NCBI GenBank assembly: GCA_004431415.1
Contig: QPMI01000516.1
Span: 62,001 to 126,000 of the forward strand
From: Cyanophora paradoxa CCMP329
Taxonomy: Eukaryota; Plantae; Glaucophyta
Length of the DNA: 64,000 bases
Direction of reading: 5' to 3'
Below are positions 25,715-39,183 of this stretch, piece by piece (the first letter of the stretch is position 1; each line of letters opens with the position of its first letter). The notes under the pieces are model-generated. The model saw only the letters and a list, made by a program, of their open reading frames with translations. It was not told the DNA's origin and ran no database searches. The position numbers and the translations under genes were made by a program.

Positions 25715-28700
25715 CTAAAAGATGAACTCGAACTGGGCGTCGCCCTCTTTGGCGACCATCCTATCTACCTTGGCGTCGTGATTCGGCTGCTCGGAGCTGG
25801 ATCCGGAGCTGCTCGGCTCGCTGCCGAGCGACCGCCGGCTCGCCGCCTCGGGGCCGTCGGCTTCGTTCGACGTTCTGGAGCCGCCGGCGTCGTCCTCGCA
25901 GTCTGGGTTCGAGCCCTTCTCTTCTGCGGCCCTCGCCGCCGCGGCCGCTGTGGTCGCCAGCGTTTGGCGGTCGTCTTCCGCCGTCCACTCGAGGAACGGG
26001 GCGAGGGACCCCATCTGCACGAGCGGCGTCTCCTGCAGCGCGCGCGACGTGTCGATGGGCTTGTACTGGTCGTAGTACGGCGAGTGCGTCACGGCGACGC
26101 CGACGGTCGGGATCTGGACGGGGCGCTTGTGAAGCTTGACGCGGATGACCACAGCGACGAAGAAGAGCAGGACGACGAGCAGGATGCCAGAGACGGCGAC
26201 GAGGCAGCCGAGCAGAACGGTGTTCATCGGGTGCGGGCCGCCGGCCGAGGGGTCCGCGACGGGGCTGCGGACGGCCGACGGGGCCGCGTACGCAGAGTTG
26301 GGGTTGACGCTCCTCCTGGCCAGTCCGCCCTTCGCGGCCCCCAAGTAACCGCCGACAGCGAAGGCGCTGCGCAAGCCGCCAATGAGACAATTGCAAGCGC
26401 ACACAGAAAAGATAACTTCAACGGTCTCACGTCAGGTGGTCGCACGCGGCGTCGGCGAACCACGCGAGGCCGGCGCCGCCCGACCGCGTCTCGTTGCGGA
26501 CGGCGCGGAGCGCCCCGCAGCTCCGCCACACCGACGCCTTCTCGTCATAGTACAGAAGGGCGCCTGCAACTCGCATTAATATAACATCCCCTTTCAAAAT
26601 TAAACGTCTTATAGAAGAGACAAACGTTAACCGGAGGAAATGGCGGCGGAGTTGTCGAAGGGGACGGCGAACGTGACGGGGTCGCGGAGGCCGGCGACCG
26701 AGACGCCGTGGACCTTGGCGTCCACCATCGGGCCCAGCACGCTCGGCACGCCCTGCTCGGAGGACTCGCCCTTCGCCGCCTCGTAGTCGCCCTCCAGCCA
26801 CGGGCGCGCGTACGCAAGAACGGACGCTGCGGATAATAATGGCTCGAATCAGTACGTAATCGGAAGAAATAAATTGTTGCAGTCTCACCGGCGGGATCGC
26901 TCTGTAGGCGCTGCTCGCTCAACATGTTTTGGAGCGCGGGCGGGAAAATCACGTGGGCCTGCTCCTTTGCGGCCCCGATCGAGAGCGCAAGCTTCAGCGG
27001 GGACCCCTCCACGCCGTCCGAGCACGCTGCAAAGTGGAGAACGCAATGAATAATGGGAAGTCCCGAATAATTTTGAGGTTTCTTACCTCGCGCGTAGGAA
27101 GCGCTGAGATAGTTGCCCGACACGGTGCCGGCCTGGAAGCCGCACAGGAAGCAGGAAGCGGCCCCGCGAAGCAGCTGCTTCATCATCGCGTCGACGGCGG
27201 CCGGCAGTGCCTCCGGGACCGCGGCGGCTGTGCCGAGAAGCTTGTTGGCGGCACCGGAGACCTACGCACGCGCGTTTGAGTGAAAAGTCAAGGATTGATT
27301 TATAAATGACTACTTAAGAAATGAGGAGACCGGCCCGCACCAGCGTCACGATGAGCGTGGTGTTGGCCAGCGGAGAGCAGACATCGACGTGCGCGAGGAT
27401 ATCCGCAATGAATCCGGGGGTGTCGGCCTGCAGCGCGGGAGTGCCCGCCCACGAAATGACCTGAACGAACGCAAACGCGAATAAGCCAGGGAAACGCAGG
27501 GAAACGCTTAAGGTGAAACGCGATCGCACGTCGGCGAGGGCCGCGATCGCGTGGAGGGCTTGGAGCAGCTGCTCCTGCGACTGGTAGCGAGCGTCTTTCA
27601 CGGCGGACAGCGTCGTCTCGATCGTGGTCCAGACTTAGAGGCCGAGGCAAGCCGCAGGTGGCGCCCGTCGGGCAGGACGGCCTGCAGCGAGTACTTGAGC
27701 GAGGCCGCCCCACTGTGCGCCGACATCCACTGCGAGCACTGCGATTTGAAGTTAGAAGAAGAAAGGATTCGAAATAGTTATCGTGCAAACATATGCCGAT
27801 TATTATAAGCTGGCGAACCTGGACTCGGAACTTGGTCTTGAGCGCCTCGCCCTCCTTGGGCAGGACGGAGCAGGAGCCGGGGCGCGGGCCGGCGAGGACG
27901 CGGAACTGGGCCGAGGCCGACGCGGTCTTGCCGCCCGCGCGCGACGCGGCGTGGCACGTGGCCGTGTACACGCGGTCCGCCGCGAGCTGCAGCTTCCCCG
28001 CGTCGATCACGAGCGTCGAAGTCTGCGACGAGGTCGTCGTCGCGTGACTGCGTTGAAGGGCATAATGTCAGAGAAACCATTCGTAAGGGGCACATCTTCT
28101 CTTAGAAGAGCTCAGCGCACGCGGTGGCGTCGAGGGCCTGGCGGGCGTCGCTGACGGTCCACGAGTGGCCGCTCGCGTCCGGGCTCCAGCAGCGCATCTG
28201 GACGGGCCGCTGCGCCGTCGCAAAGAGCGGGTCCTCGGGGACCGTCCGGTCGCTGCGAAAATGGAGATATAAGCCAGAGTTCCACATAGAGCCGGGCAAG
28301 ATATAAATAATTAAAGGCGCACATGAAGGCCTGCCAGGTCGGAGCGGCGTCGGAGGCGACCTGAACGACGACGCTGGCCGTCGCGTTCCTGGCCGAGGGC
28401 CCCGGGGCCGCCGCACACGATCCCGCCGCCTCGCGCAGCGAGGCAACCGCCACCTGGACGAGGTACGAGCGCCCCGCCTGCATGCCGGCCTTGGCTGGGT
28501 TGAGGCTGAGCTTCGGGTTGGCGGAGGCGCCGGCGGCGAGCTTGGTCTCGCCGGCGGTCGCTGCGAGCTCGCCGAGTCCAGCGAAGGTCCTGCGGGGAAC
28601 AGATGTCAGGAAGCGAGCTTGCGGTGATTGACAAATGTAAAAGCTTCAGACGAACCAGGAGAAGCACAGCTGGCTCGAAGGGAAGTCGAGATCTGAGCGA

Positions 28701-31700
28701 AAAAACAATCAGCACGCGACGCTCAGCATTCTTAATAAATATTGTGAAGTGCTAACCTGCGCTCTGAGCCGCAGAGAGATAGACGGTGTCGGTGAGCCCG
28801 ACGACGTGGCGCCCTGAACGCACGAGGCGTTAAAAAGAAAGAAATTAAATGATACAAGAAACCAGCAGTGTTCGCGCACCGCCCTCGAGCTCGACCTTTG
28901 CCTGGATCGGCTTCTCGGCGACGTTGACGAAGACGGAGAGACTCGCGGCGGCGTGCGGGGCGCCGGCCTCGCTGGCGAGGGACACCGCCACCGCGAACTC
29001 GTACGTCTGGCCCGGGAACATGGCCTGGGGGCGCGGTCAGAGACAGCGAAGACAAGAGCTAAATCATATTTAAACTTGGCGCGCGTACCCAGCGGGGGAG
29101 GGCCAGCTCGGCCTTGGTGAGGTCGATCTGCGAGGCGATCTGGCTCGTGATCCGCATCCCGCTCGGGAGCGTCCCTAACGAACGCGTCAAATAAAACAGC
29201 TTAGCAAATGGAATAGTTAGTGGAGCTTACAGAGGTAGGCGAACGCGTCCGCGGAGGTACTCGCGGGGGCGTTGTTCTGCTTCCCCTCCTCCTCCTCGTC
29301 GCAGCGGCTCGCCTCGGCGTTGACGAGGAGGAAGAGCGCTTCGGACGAGTCGGCAGAGATGAGCGTGCTCGCCGTCGTGAGGACAGGGACGCGGTCCTGG
29401 CTCTGCAGGGCGCGTTAGTTCAGTTCGGCTAGAGAAACAGAAAGTTTCGCGCTTCGATTCACCTTGCGAATCGAGGTGGAAGCGATTGCAGCCCGACCGC
29501 CGATGGCGAGCTGAACGGTCACCGAAAATCCATAGACGCCTGCAGAGATATTTATGAGCGAAGCCTAGAATACAGAGGTCATAATATAATATAAGGCCAG
29601 GCGACGCACCCACGGGGAGGTCCTTGCCGATCGTGAGGGTGAGGCGGTCCCGTGCGCCCGAGACCGCGTCCGCCACGACGGGCGCGGCGCAGGGGCCCGA
29701 GGTGCACGCCCACGTGACGCGGAGGGGCCACCGGCCGGCCCCGAGCACCGCCGCGGTCGCCGCCACCTTCCCGCACGGCGACACTGCGTTTCCTGTAAGC
29801 GAAGTGCACATAAAATCATTACAAGAAAACGGCTCGCCTTCGATATTCGGCGAGAGGGACGCCATGATTTGGGGCGGGTTGAGCGGAGGAAGCAGCGCGA
29901 CGGAGCCCTGGAACGAGGGCCCGTTGCCCTGGGCGGGGCCGACGCCCGGAGCCTTGAAGGCAATGCTGTCTCCCGGGACCGCAGTCGCTCCGGAGCCCTG
30001 CATTCAATATTAAAAGTGAGCTGAAAACTTATGATCCTAAAGGCGCGCACCAGCGTCAAGGCGAGCTCCGTCTCGCTCGCCCAGCGCGCCGACGAGGACG
30101 ACGTCGCTCCAAAGGCGCGCACCGCGTCGGGCGCGAGGTACCGGTCGGCCCCGAACTCCGCCGGGTCCGTCGCGAAGCCGGCCGCCTTGGTCGAGAATCT
30201 GGTATATTTGAGTTAGAAAGACTAAAGAGCAAAGTATAATCTAGATTAGAAAGCACCTAACAACGACGGAGGCGCCATCGTCGCTGAATCGCGCCTCGAC
30301 GACGGCCATGTTCTGCGGCGCGGGCGCCGGCGCTGCCACGGCCTCGCCTGCGATTTGTTATCAGCACGAAATGGAAGCATCTACATTTGCACGAAATCGA
30401 AACGGGGCGGGCCCGACTGCGGGATCGGCGTAGGGGAGGGGAGCGAGGAATTTGCGGGCGCCGGCTCTTCTAGAGCCGGATCCGGGGCGGGCGGCGCGAG
30501 CGGCTCTTCTTCTAAGACCGCCAGAGGTGTTGGAGAGGGCATCTCAAAGGCGCCCGCCGGGGTCGGAGTGGGAGTGGGCGTGGGGGTGGGGAGTGCATCC
30601 GGGGCGTCCGCCGGGCCGGCGCCCGGGGTCGGAGCGGGGCCGGGGGTGGGCGCCACAATTATTCCCCCGTCACCTGGGCGCGTTCACTCGGGAGCCGAGG
30701 GCGCTAAAGGAGGCGGAAGGCCGCACCCTCTTCCGGAGTTAGGGCGACCGGTGTGGGGGAGGCAGTCGCGGGGCCCACGGGAATGGAGGGCGTTGGACTG
30801 GGGGTCACTATTTATCGCGGGAAAAACGCAAAGGAGCGAGCCGAAATAAATGTACATAGACGGAGCGAGCAGCAGAAACCGATAGAATCGCTGACCTGGT
30901 CGCGAGAGTGGGGTCGGAGTGGCCACGAGCACAGGGCTCGAGCTCGCAGGCGTTGGTTGGGGGGGAGCTGCGCATGCACGGTTGTTGCATTCAGCAGATC
31001 TAGAGGTGAGACGACGCATCGGACGCGACGAACCTGCCTCCGGTGGCGATGCCGACCCTGGAGCGAACACTAAAAGTGTATTCACAAAGGTGGTGCTGCC
31101 CCCGCCAAAGGTGTACAGCTAACCGAGGCGATCAATTGTGTGTCAGATCAAATCTTTGGAAAAAAAGACTCAATAGTACTTGCCCTGTTATCAAAGGAGG
31201 CGGCTGCGCTGCCTGCCGGTGGGGTGTCGCCAACAGGGGCACTCAAACCGGAAGCGGCGATGCCACTCGAAGCCCAGGAGACCCAGGTGGGGCCGCCCAC
31301 TGTCGCAGCTACATATGCGTGGAGAGCTTGACCGGATGCGAACTGTGCGAATACAAATGTATTAAGGATTAATTATATTATCGACAGCCGCGCCATACGA
31401 TCGCAGCCGCACCATCGCGATTGCGCCCGTCGCAGAAGAAGGCAGGGAGACCTGTGAAACTCTCGTGGCTGTTACGGGCGTGTTGCCGATCGCGAGTTTC
31501 CAGACGTCTGTCGATGGCGTCGCTCCAATCGACGTCTTTCCACCGGCAATCCAGAGAGATTCCCCGCTGTATGCCGCAGCATACTCGAACAGTCCGGGAG
31601 GCCAAGGGTCGACGTCGGTGGTCGACGTCGTGGTCGGAGGATTCATTTTCGAAATTGATGGCGAAGATGAAGAGAAGCCGAAGCGCCAGAGCGTATTGCC

Positions 31701-32492
31701 AGCAAAAGTGCCACCGTTGTCGTCCTTCATCAACCCTCCATATAACCTGGACGAATTCGAAATTAGTGAAAATGCCGCCGGGCCGATCTTTTGCTTTATA
31801 ATTAATAAATTCTCTTGCAGATTTGCAGCTCGGGCGCACCAGAACTCATTATCGTTTTTGCCCTGAACAAGCCGGAACTTCTGGATGCTTTCAATGTCGT
31901 CGAAGTCCTCATGCAAGTTTTTTAATTCTTGCAAGTCGGTCCACTTGTTGCCACCATAATCCATTCTGTAGATCTCCATCGTGCTGCTTGAGCCTTGGCC
32001 ATCACCGCCAACCATGTAGACTCCTGTGCTGGCGCAGGCAAGCGCGTGCCACGCTCTTTTCGTGTCTCCGATATCCGACGGGCTAAGACGCTGCCACACG
32101 CTGGAGCCGCTGGATCCAGAGCTGCTGGCCAGGTCGAGCTTCCACATGATCTCCGGCCCGTTCACGAGTTTAAGCTTGCCCGAGGCTTCGTGCAGATACT
32201 CCCCGCCGTGCATGTAGATTGCTGCCGACCGGACGCACATCGCGGCTCCTGACCTTGCCTGCGGAAGAGGCGATGGTGCTACTGGAGCCGGGGTCCCACG
32301 GACGCTTTGCGCCGAAACGAACTGCAGATTCGCCAAGGCATGAACTGCGAATGAAAAAGTTAGAATGAGGAACGGAGCAGCCGTTCGCGAGATGGCGGCG
32401 CTCGGCGCAAGCGCACTAAACACAAGCGCCGCGGCGGCGTGCACGATCAGGGATCGGCTGCGGCTAATCGGAGCTGCGCTGCGGCTGTGCAT
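25715..32492 (-). CDS. Type I membrane protein: signal peptide, Kelch repeats, Pro/Thr linker, PKD/REJ-like region, single TM (multi-exon)
   Basis: Kelch motifs IYMHGG, VYMVGG, LWIAGG, LYTFGG. REJ-like motif GPRPGSCSVLPKEGEALKTKFRVQC..W. TM segment VLLGCLVAVSGILLVVLLFFVAVVI. Confidence 0.7.
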
Positions 32493-33450
32493 CGCTGCCG
32501 GCGATCGCGGATGCGGTCGCCGAAGGTTTTTACGTGCGCGCGGCTGAAGGGCGTTCTTTCGCCGCGTTGGCGGTCTATCTATGAGCGCACGGCCCCCCTC
32601 GCAGTGCCTGCAAGCTGCGCTACGATCTACGAACAGCTTCACAGAGTCAGCGAATGCGATGCTAATCGCCGCTGTGCTGGCTGCAGGCGGCGACGGCTGT
32701 TCTGATCTCGACCGAGATTTCGAAGGCCGACGAACTTTAATCGAACAGCCGACGTAAGAAGCCGACGTACGCGTCAGCTGCTCGAACGACCGGACGCGAC
32801 GCCGCCGCGGAACGCGTGCGCGGCTGGTGCTGCTGGCGTCGGCTTCTTAAAGCTCAGGCGGATCTCCGCCGATTCTCCAGAGGATCAGCGGAGCCGCGCC
32901 GCTGCGCCCGAGGCTCCGAGCTCGAGCCCGGCCCGCCGAAACTCGCGGCCGACTCGGGCCGAGTCGAGTCGAGCGCTCTCTAGATCTGCAGCTGCGCATG
33001 CACTGCTGCAGGACATGCGATTAAAAGTGATTAATTCATGATTATGCCATGATGGGTGCGCGAGCCCTCCTATAGCTAGGCTCGGCGGCGGGCACCACGG
33101 AGCCGCGGCGCGCTCCCTGCGCGCCGCGGCGTGTGCCGGGCGCGCGCCGAGGCGTGCCCGCCCACCCCTCCGCGGACTCGCACCCGTACCCCCCTGACAC
33201 GCGCCTCGCCCGCGCCGGAAACGAAGATGAGAGGCTCGCGGCGTGTGACGGCGGCGCGTCCTGTATCCTGTATCCGTAGATCTAGAGGATGCGCATCTGC
33301 TAGGCGAGCTTGCTGAGCTCGGCCTGATTGCAGCGGCTTCGCGTTGTCCGGGATCAGCGCACGCACCGACGCAGCTGGAAGCGCAGCCGCGTACACGTAC
33401 ACGACCGCGGTCAGCGTAGCGTAGCAGCGTAGCCACGTACACGTTCTCCG

Positions 33451-36400
33451 ATGGGCGCGAAGGCGGCCGCGGTCTTCGCGCTGATCGTCCTGGCGTGGGC
33501 AGCTCCCCTCGTCGTAGCATGGCCGAGGTGCACACGCGCGTTGCCAGCAACGAGAACCGCGAGCGCGAGCGCGAGCGCCGGCGGGCCTGACCTGACCGCG
33601 AGCGCAGCATGATGGCGCTCATCCCGAACGGGAACGCCGTGAAGCGCAACGGGGCGCTCTGGCAAGGCGTCGGCCACAACCAGGCGTCGGGCCTGGGCGG
33701 CGAGAACGCGTTCGGTGCTTCCCGCGTGGACGTGCGCGAGTGCCGATCGAAGCCGACTCGCGGGCGCCGCGCAGGGAACGCGTTCAAGGCGGCGGGACAC
33801 GTATGGACGAAGGAGTTCTGCATGGCTGACACGGACGGCGACGGGTTCCACAACGGCTGGGAGCTGGGAGGTGGGGCAGGCGCCGCACCGCGCCCGCGCC
33901 CCCGAGGGCTCTCCTCACACGCGCACGCGCCTCGCGCCTCTCGCACTCAGACCCCTGCTGCGTATGGAAGGTCGGCGCAACGCCGGCGCGAACGACGGAT
34001 ATCACACACCCCTCCTACGCCGACAGGCGCGCCGCGCCGTACCCCCTCAGCCCGCTTTCCCTGAAACCCGTACCCCCGCAGCAAGCCCACGAGCCCCGGC
34101 TGCGTACCCCCTTCGCCGCCCTCGCCCCCCGCCCCGGTGCGGTACCCCGCTCGCCTTACCGTTCCCCGAAGCGAACTGAGCCGGGCCTCCTCAGGCCCCC
34201 GCTCCCCCGGCGCCCGCCCCGCCCGCGCCGGCCCGCCGGCCCGGCCCGCCCGCACCAGCCCGCCCGCCCCGGCCCCTCCCGCCCGCCCGCGCCGGCGCCT
34301 CCCGCCCCGGCCCGCCGGCCCCGGCTCCGCCCGCCCCGCTCCGGCCCCGGCCCCGCCCGCCCCGCGCCGGCCCCGCCCGGCGGGTCCCGAGGCCCCTGGG
34401 CCGCCCCGCGCATCGTACCCGCTGCGGTTCGCCTTTTTTCTCCCTCCCCCTCTTCCCCTTCTTTCCCGCGGCTGACCCTACCCCCCGCAGCCCGACCTGA
34501 TCCAGGCCCGCGCCGCTCCTCTCAGCGCCGTACCCCCTTCCTTCCGGCGCTCACGCGTACCCCCCAGGTCACGCTTCTGATGGACTACGGCATGTGGGTG
34601 GCGACACCTGCGGTCTGGCGAGCGTTCGCCACCGGCATCGCCTCGGTCGCCGGGGTACGCACTCGCACCTCGAAGAATCACGTACCCCCTGCCCACTTCC
34701 GCCCCCGCGGACAGGTACCCGTCGACCGCATCCGTCTTCTCTCCGCGATCTCGGGCAGCGTCATCGTCTCGTTCGCCGTGCGCACGTACCCCTCCCGACG
34801 CGTCCTCGCGACCGCATCTTTTCGATCGTGTACCCCTCCCCAGATCATGCCCGGGGACGATAACGACGACGTGGGGGCGCCCCTGGCCAGGATCCAGGCC
34901 GCAATAAACGATCGCTCCCTGGCCCCGGGCGGCCTCGCCGTCGACTTCTCACGTACCCCCCTCCCGCCCTCGACTCGCTACCGTACCCCTATCGCTGAAT
35001 TAAGTGCGCGCAGGGACGCGAGTTGTGTGGAGGGGAGCGGCCGCGAGCGGAGCGCTCCCGCCCGGACCGCAACCTCAGCCTCCCGCCGAGGTACCCCGGG
35101 CCTGCATTCCTGTACCCCCGGCCGGTCTTCTGATTGCGAACGCAGTCCGGACCGATCCCCGCACCAGCGCAGCCTGGTCCGGAGCCCGCCCCGGCCCCCG
35201 GTCCCGATCCGGCGCCGGCCCCCGTTTCCGACCCGGCGCCGGCCCCCGTTTCCGACCCGGCGCCGGCCCCCGTTCCCGATCCGGCCCCGGCGCCGGACCC
35301 TACCCAATCCGGCAGCAGTCCCAGCCCGGCCCCCATCGGGGTCGAGAGGCGAGTTCAAAGCGCCCGGTACCCCTCCCTCGCCCCCCGCGGCTTACGCTGT
35401 ACCCCCCGCAGCCTCCGCTGGCTGCTTCTGGGCCTCAGCTTGGCGGCACAGGTCCGCGCCCTGTACCCGGCTGCTTTCGTCTGCCGTACCCCCTTCTCAT
35501 CGCGTACCCCAGATCGCTGTGGTCGTGGGAGCCCTGCGAATCCTCGCCTCGCCGCTCCTGCAGGTCTACCCACCCCGCCTCGAGCCGCGTACCCCCCTTC
35601 CGACGCGCCCCCACAGGGCAAGATCCCCTTCGGGCCGGGGCGCTTCCTGAGCTTCCGGGTTCGAACCCGTACCCCCGACGATCCCGTACCCTCTGACCTA
35701 ACCGACGGCGTACCCCCCCCGGCAGCCCCTGGGCCTCTGGTTGGACCTCACGGCTGGAGAGGCGTCTGCCGTGCGCGCTTGTTTCTGTAACCCCTTTCCT
35801 TCCGCTCACGTACCCCCAGGTCTTTTTCTACATCGGGCTCAACGCGTGGTGGGCGGTCTACTTTGCGCGGGCGTCGATGAAGGTCCGAAGCAGCGTACCC
35901 TTCTCAAGCCCCCCCTTCCCTTGACCGCCGGGGTAGACCGACAGCTGGGTGGGCGTGACGGCGGACGTCACGGGATACCTCGCCCAGCTCCAGGTACCCC
36001 CCAACCCCGCCTAGCGTTTCCCGCACTACTTTATTCTGAGTACCCCGGGCAGACCCTGTTCATTCTGCTGCCCGTGGCGCGCAACAGCGCCTGGCTGCCC
36101 CTCATCGGCGTACCCTGGGAGCGTGCCGTCCGCGTGCGCCCGTACCCCCTCCCCTCCCTTCCTTTCCTCCCGCGCTTCTCTTTGACGCCTGTACCCCCGT
36201 CCCCCAGTTCCACCGCTGGATCGGCGTGCTGGTGCGTACCGCTCCCTCCTCCTCCCCCCACCTCCTCCCCCCTCACTACCCCCCTCACCTCCCTCTCAGA
36301 TGGTGCTCTCGACTGCTGCGCACGGGGTCTGCATGTACCTCTACTACAGCGGCATGGGGCTGGGCCTCGACTTCATCCTGACGGTCCGCCCCCGTTCCCC

Positions 36401-39183
36401 GTCGATTGCATATGTACCAGCTGCTTTAAGACTAGGCTGATAATAACGAGGCTTATAGCTTAGTCGGTCAGCGTATGAGCTCTTACATCTTATATATAGC
36501 CGCCTCGTCCGCCCCCGCCGCCCCGTCCGCCACGTCCGCCCCGTTCTGACCTCTTCTCTCCTCCCGCCCAGTGGGACGCGTCGTCGGCGGGCCCGAACAA
36601 CCTGGCGGGGGCCGCCTCGGGGGCCGCCCTCTGCGCCCTCGGCCTCCTCTCGATGCCCGTCATCCGCCGCCGCCTCTTCGAGGTGCGCCCTCCCTCCCCC
36701 CCCTTGTCTCTGCCACTCAGTCTCTCTCTCTCCCCCCCCCCTCCTTTCGCCGCAGCTCTTCTACTACGCGCACATCCTGCTCTTCCCCGTCGCCTTTGTG
36801 CTTGCATGCCTCCACCTGTGCGGCCCCCGCCCCTCCGCCGTCCCTTTAAGAGCTCGGCCCTCGTTTTAAGAGCTCGGCCCTCTTTACTTAGCGCCTCTTC
36901 TCCTCCGCAGGGCGAGCACGGCGGCGTACGCGGGGCCCGGCGTCGCCCTCCTCGCCATCGACTGGCTCCTGTGCGCCCCCTCTGAGCTCACTCAAACTCT
37001 CTTTGAGCTGATTTCTTCGCAGGCGGCTGTGGAAGGGGCGGGCGCGCTCGACGGAGGTGCTCGCCATCCGCCGCGAGTCCCCCGACGTCGTCCGGTGAGC
37101 GCGCAAGGGGCGGGAGGAAGGGACCGTGCCCTTAGAACGAGAGGGAATGTCAGAAGAAGAAATGTTAGCACTCCTGGCCCGCCTGACGCCCCCGCGCGCG
37201 CCCTCCTGACAGGCTGGACCTGCGCAAGCGCGGCTTCCGCGCCTCGGGCCCCGCCCAGTACGTCTTCCTCCAGGTGCCATACCCCCCTCCGCCTTCCCCC
37301 CCCCTCCCCCCCGCCGGCCGCTTCGTTCTCACGTCGTTGTTCGCCGCAGGTCCCGTCCCTGGCCCCGCTCCAGTGGCACCCCTTCTCCATATCCAGGTCC
37401 GATTCAGAACCGCTTCTTTCCTTTTCGAATACGATAGATGGAAAGGAAGAATTTTGTGCTATTAGCTATAGTATCTGCCTATCAAATTAAACCTTCTATC
37501 TAACCTAACCTACCTTAATCTACCTTATCTACCTGAAACCACCTCAACCTCCTATCCATCGAACGGATCTCTGACGTCTCACGACAGCGGCCCGCGGGAG
37601 GACGGCGAGCTGACGCTGCACGTGCGGACCCTCGGCCCCTCCTCGTGGACAGGCAAGCTCGGCGCCCTCGCCGACGCCTGGGCCGAGGTGCGTAGATCAG
37701 ATCCGATCTAGAGCACGCTTGTAGAGTCTAGCTCCATATTCCAGGGCCGAGGCCGGGTATGTAGACCTTGTATGTAGGCCGGGCCGAGGTGCGGGGCGCC
37801 GCCGCCCCATGCCCCCATCTAGAAGCGGGAACCTTCTGCTCCGTTAGGTACAATAACGGGCTTCCGTCCGATGGGAGCAAGACCTGGAGCCGCGCGCCCG
37901 CGTCCTCTCACCTCGCCCCTCGTCCGCCGCAGGGCTGCCGCGAGCCGATCGCGGTGCGGATCGACGGGCCCTACGGGCGCCCGGGCCTCCCCCTTGACCG
38001 CTACCGATCCGTAGCATTCGCCGTCGGCGGCATCGGTGCGCGAGGCCGCCCCGCCGCCAGAGAGCGGCGCCGGCGCTCGAGCCAGCCGATTTGGGCCGAA
38101 TTTACGAGCGGCGAGAGCTGTCCTGACCGCCGCGCCGCGCAGGCGTCACGCCGGCGCTCAACGCGCTCGAGTGGCTCGTCAAGGATAGCGAGGTCCGCTC
38201 TCCTTTCCCACGCCCTCGCCCGGCGCCGTCGCAGCTTCAGCAGAGCCGCGCCCCGACACCCGTGCCCGTGCTCGCGCCTTACGTTTAATTTCGTTTCGGC
38301 GCAGGTGCTCCTGCGGGTCGACTTCCTGTGGAGCTCGCGCGACGAGGGCACCGTCCGGGCCTTCGCCGGTGCTCCAAATTAAAGCGCTCTAGATCTAGAT
38401 CTTCGGAAGCGCAGAAGCTAGAGGCCGGAGGCGAGGGGGATTGAAGGCGCCCTCCGCCGCTCCACGCCCGCCTAGAGGAGAGGGAGGGAGGGCCAGCTGA
38501 CCGGGCGGGGCACCGCAGATCAAATCGAGAGGCTGCGGGCGAAGCTCGAGGCCCGCGGCGCGGTCTCCCGGTTCGTCATCACGGTCACACGGCCCGCTCA
38601 GGTGAGCGCGAGCGCCCTTTCATTAAACTCTGCTGTGCCCCGCTCCGCATCCTGGGGGCCGCCGCTTTTGTTGAGCTCTGCTGCGCTGACGGCGGCGCCC
38701 GACAGGGCGCGCCGCTGCCGCCGGCCTTGGTCGCGTCGGGCCGGCCCGACCTGAGCGGTGCGCCCAGCCGATCGCCAGCGCTTCTTCCAGTCCGCCGCTT
38801 TCTGACGCCGGCGCCCGCCCGCCCGCCCGCCGCCCCCGCAGACTTTGTGGCGCACGCGAGCGGCGGGAGCAGCGGCGCCCCTGTCGCTCTCTTCCTCTGC
38901 GGGCCGGTGCGGGATAAGAAAGCATTTGGTCCTTAAGAATTCTTTAAAAACGATCGTTTAGGGTTTTTGTGCTCTTCCTCTGCGGGCCGGCGCCTGGGGC
39001 TCTAGACCTTATGTCTCCGCCACATATTATCTCTACATGCCCGCCTGTTCCCCTCCCTCCCTCCGCCTCTGATCCGCCCCGCCGCAGGAGGGCCTGGTGG
39101 CGGGGGCGGAGCGGGCGGCGCACGAGGAGTGCCGCCGCGGTGGCTCGCCCTTCCACGTCCATAAGGAGACCTTCGAGCTGTAG
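33451..39183 (+). CDS. Temptin-like extracellular domain fused to a ferric reductase/NADPH oxidase-family module (TM heme, FAD- and NAD-binding domains; multi-exon)
   Basis: Signal peptide MGAKAAAVFALIVLAWA. Temptin-like IPNG..GVGH..GG.NAFG..F..AGHVWTKEFCMADTDGDG..NGWELGDPCCVW. Reductase motifs GVPWERAVRFHRWIG, QYVFLQ..QWHPFSI, IDGPYG, GGIGVTP, FLCGP, HKETFEL*. Confidence 0.8.

Noticed and set aside
5621-39183. Hemerythrin and ferric reductase as an iron-handling gene cluster
   Set aside because: They are 25 kb apart with unrelated genes between, and nothing in the sequence indicates co-regulation.
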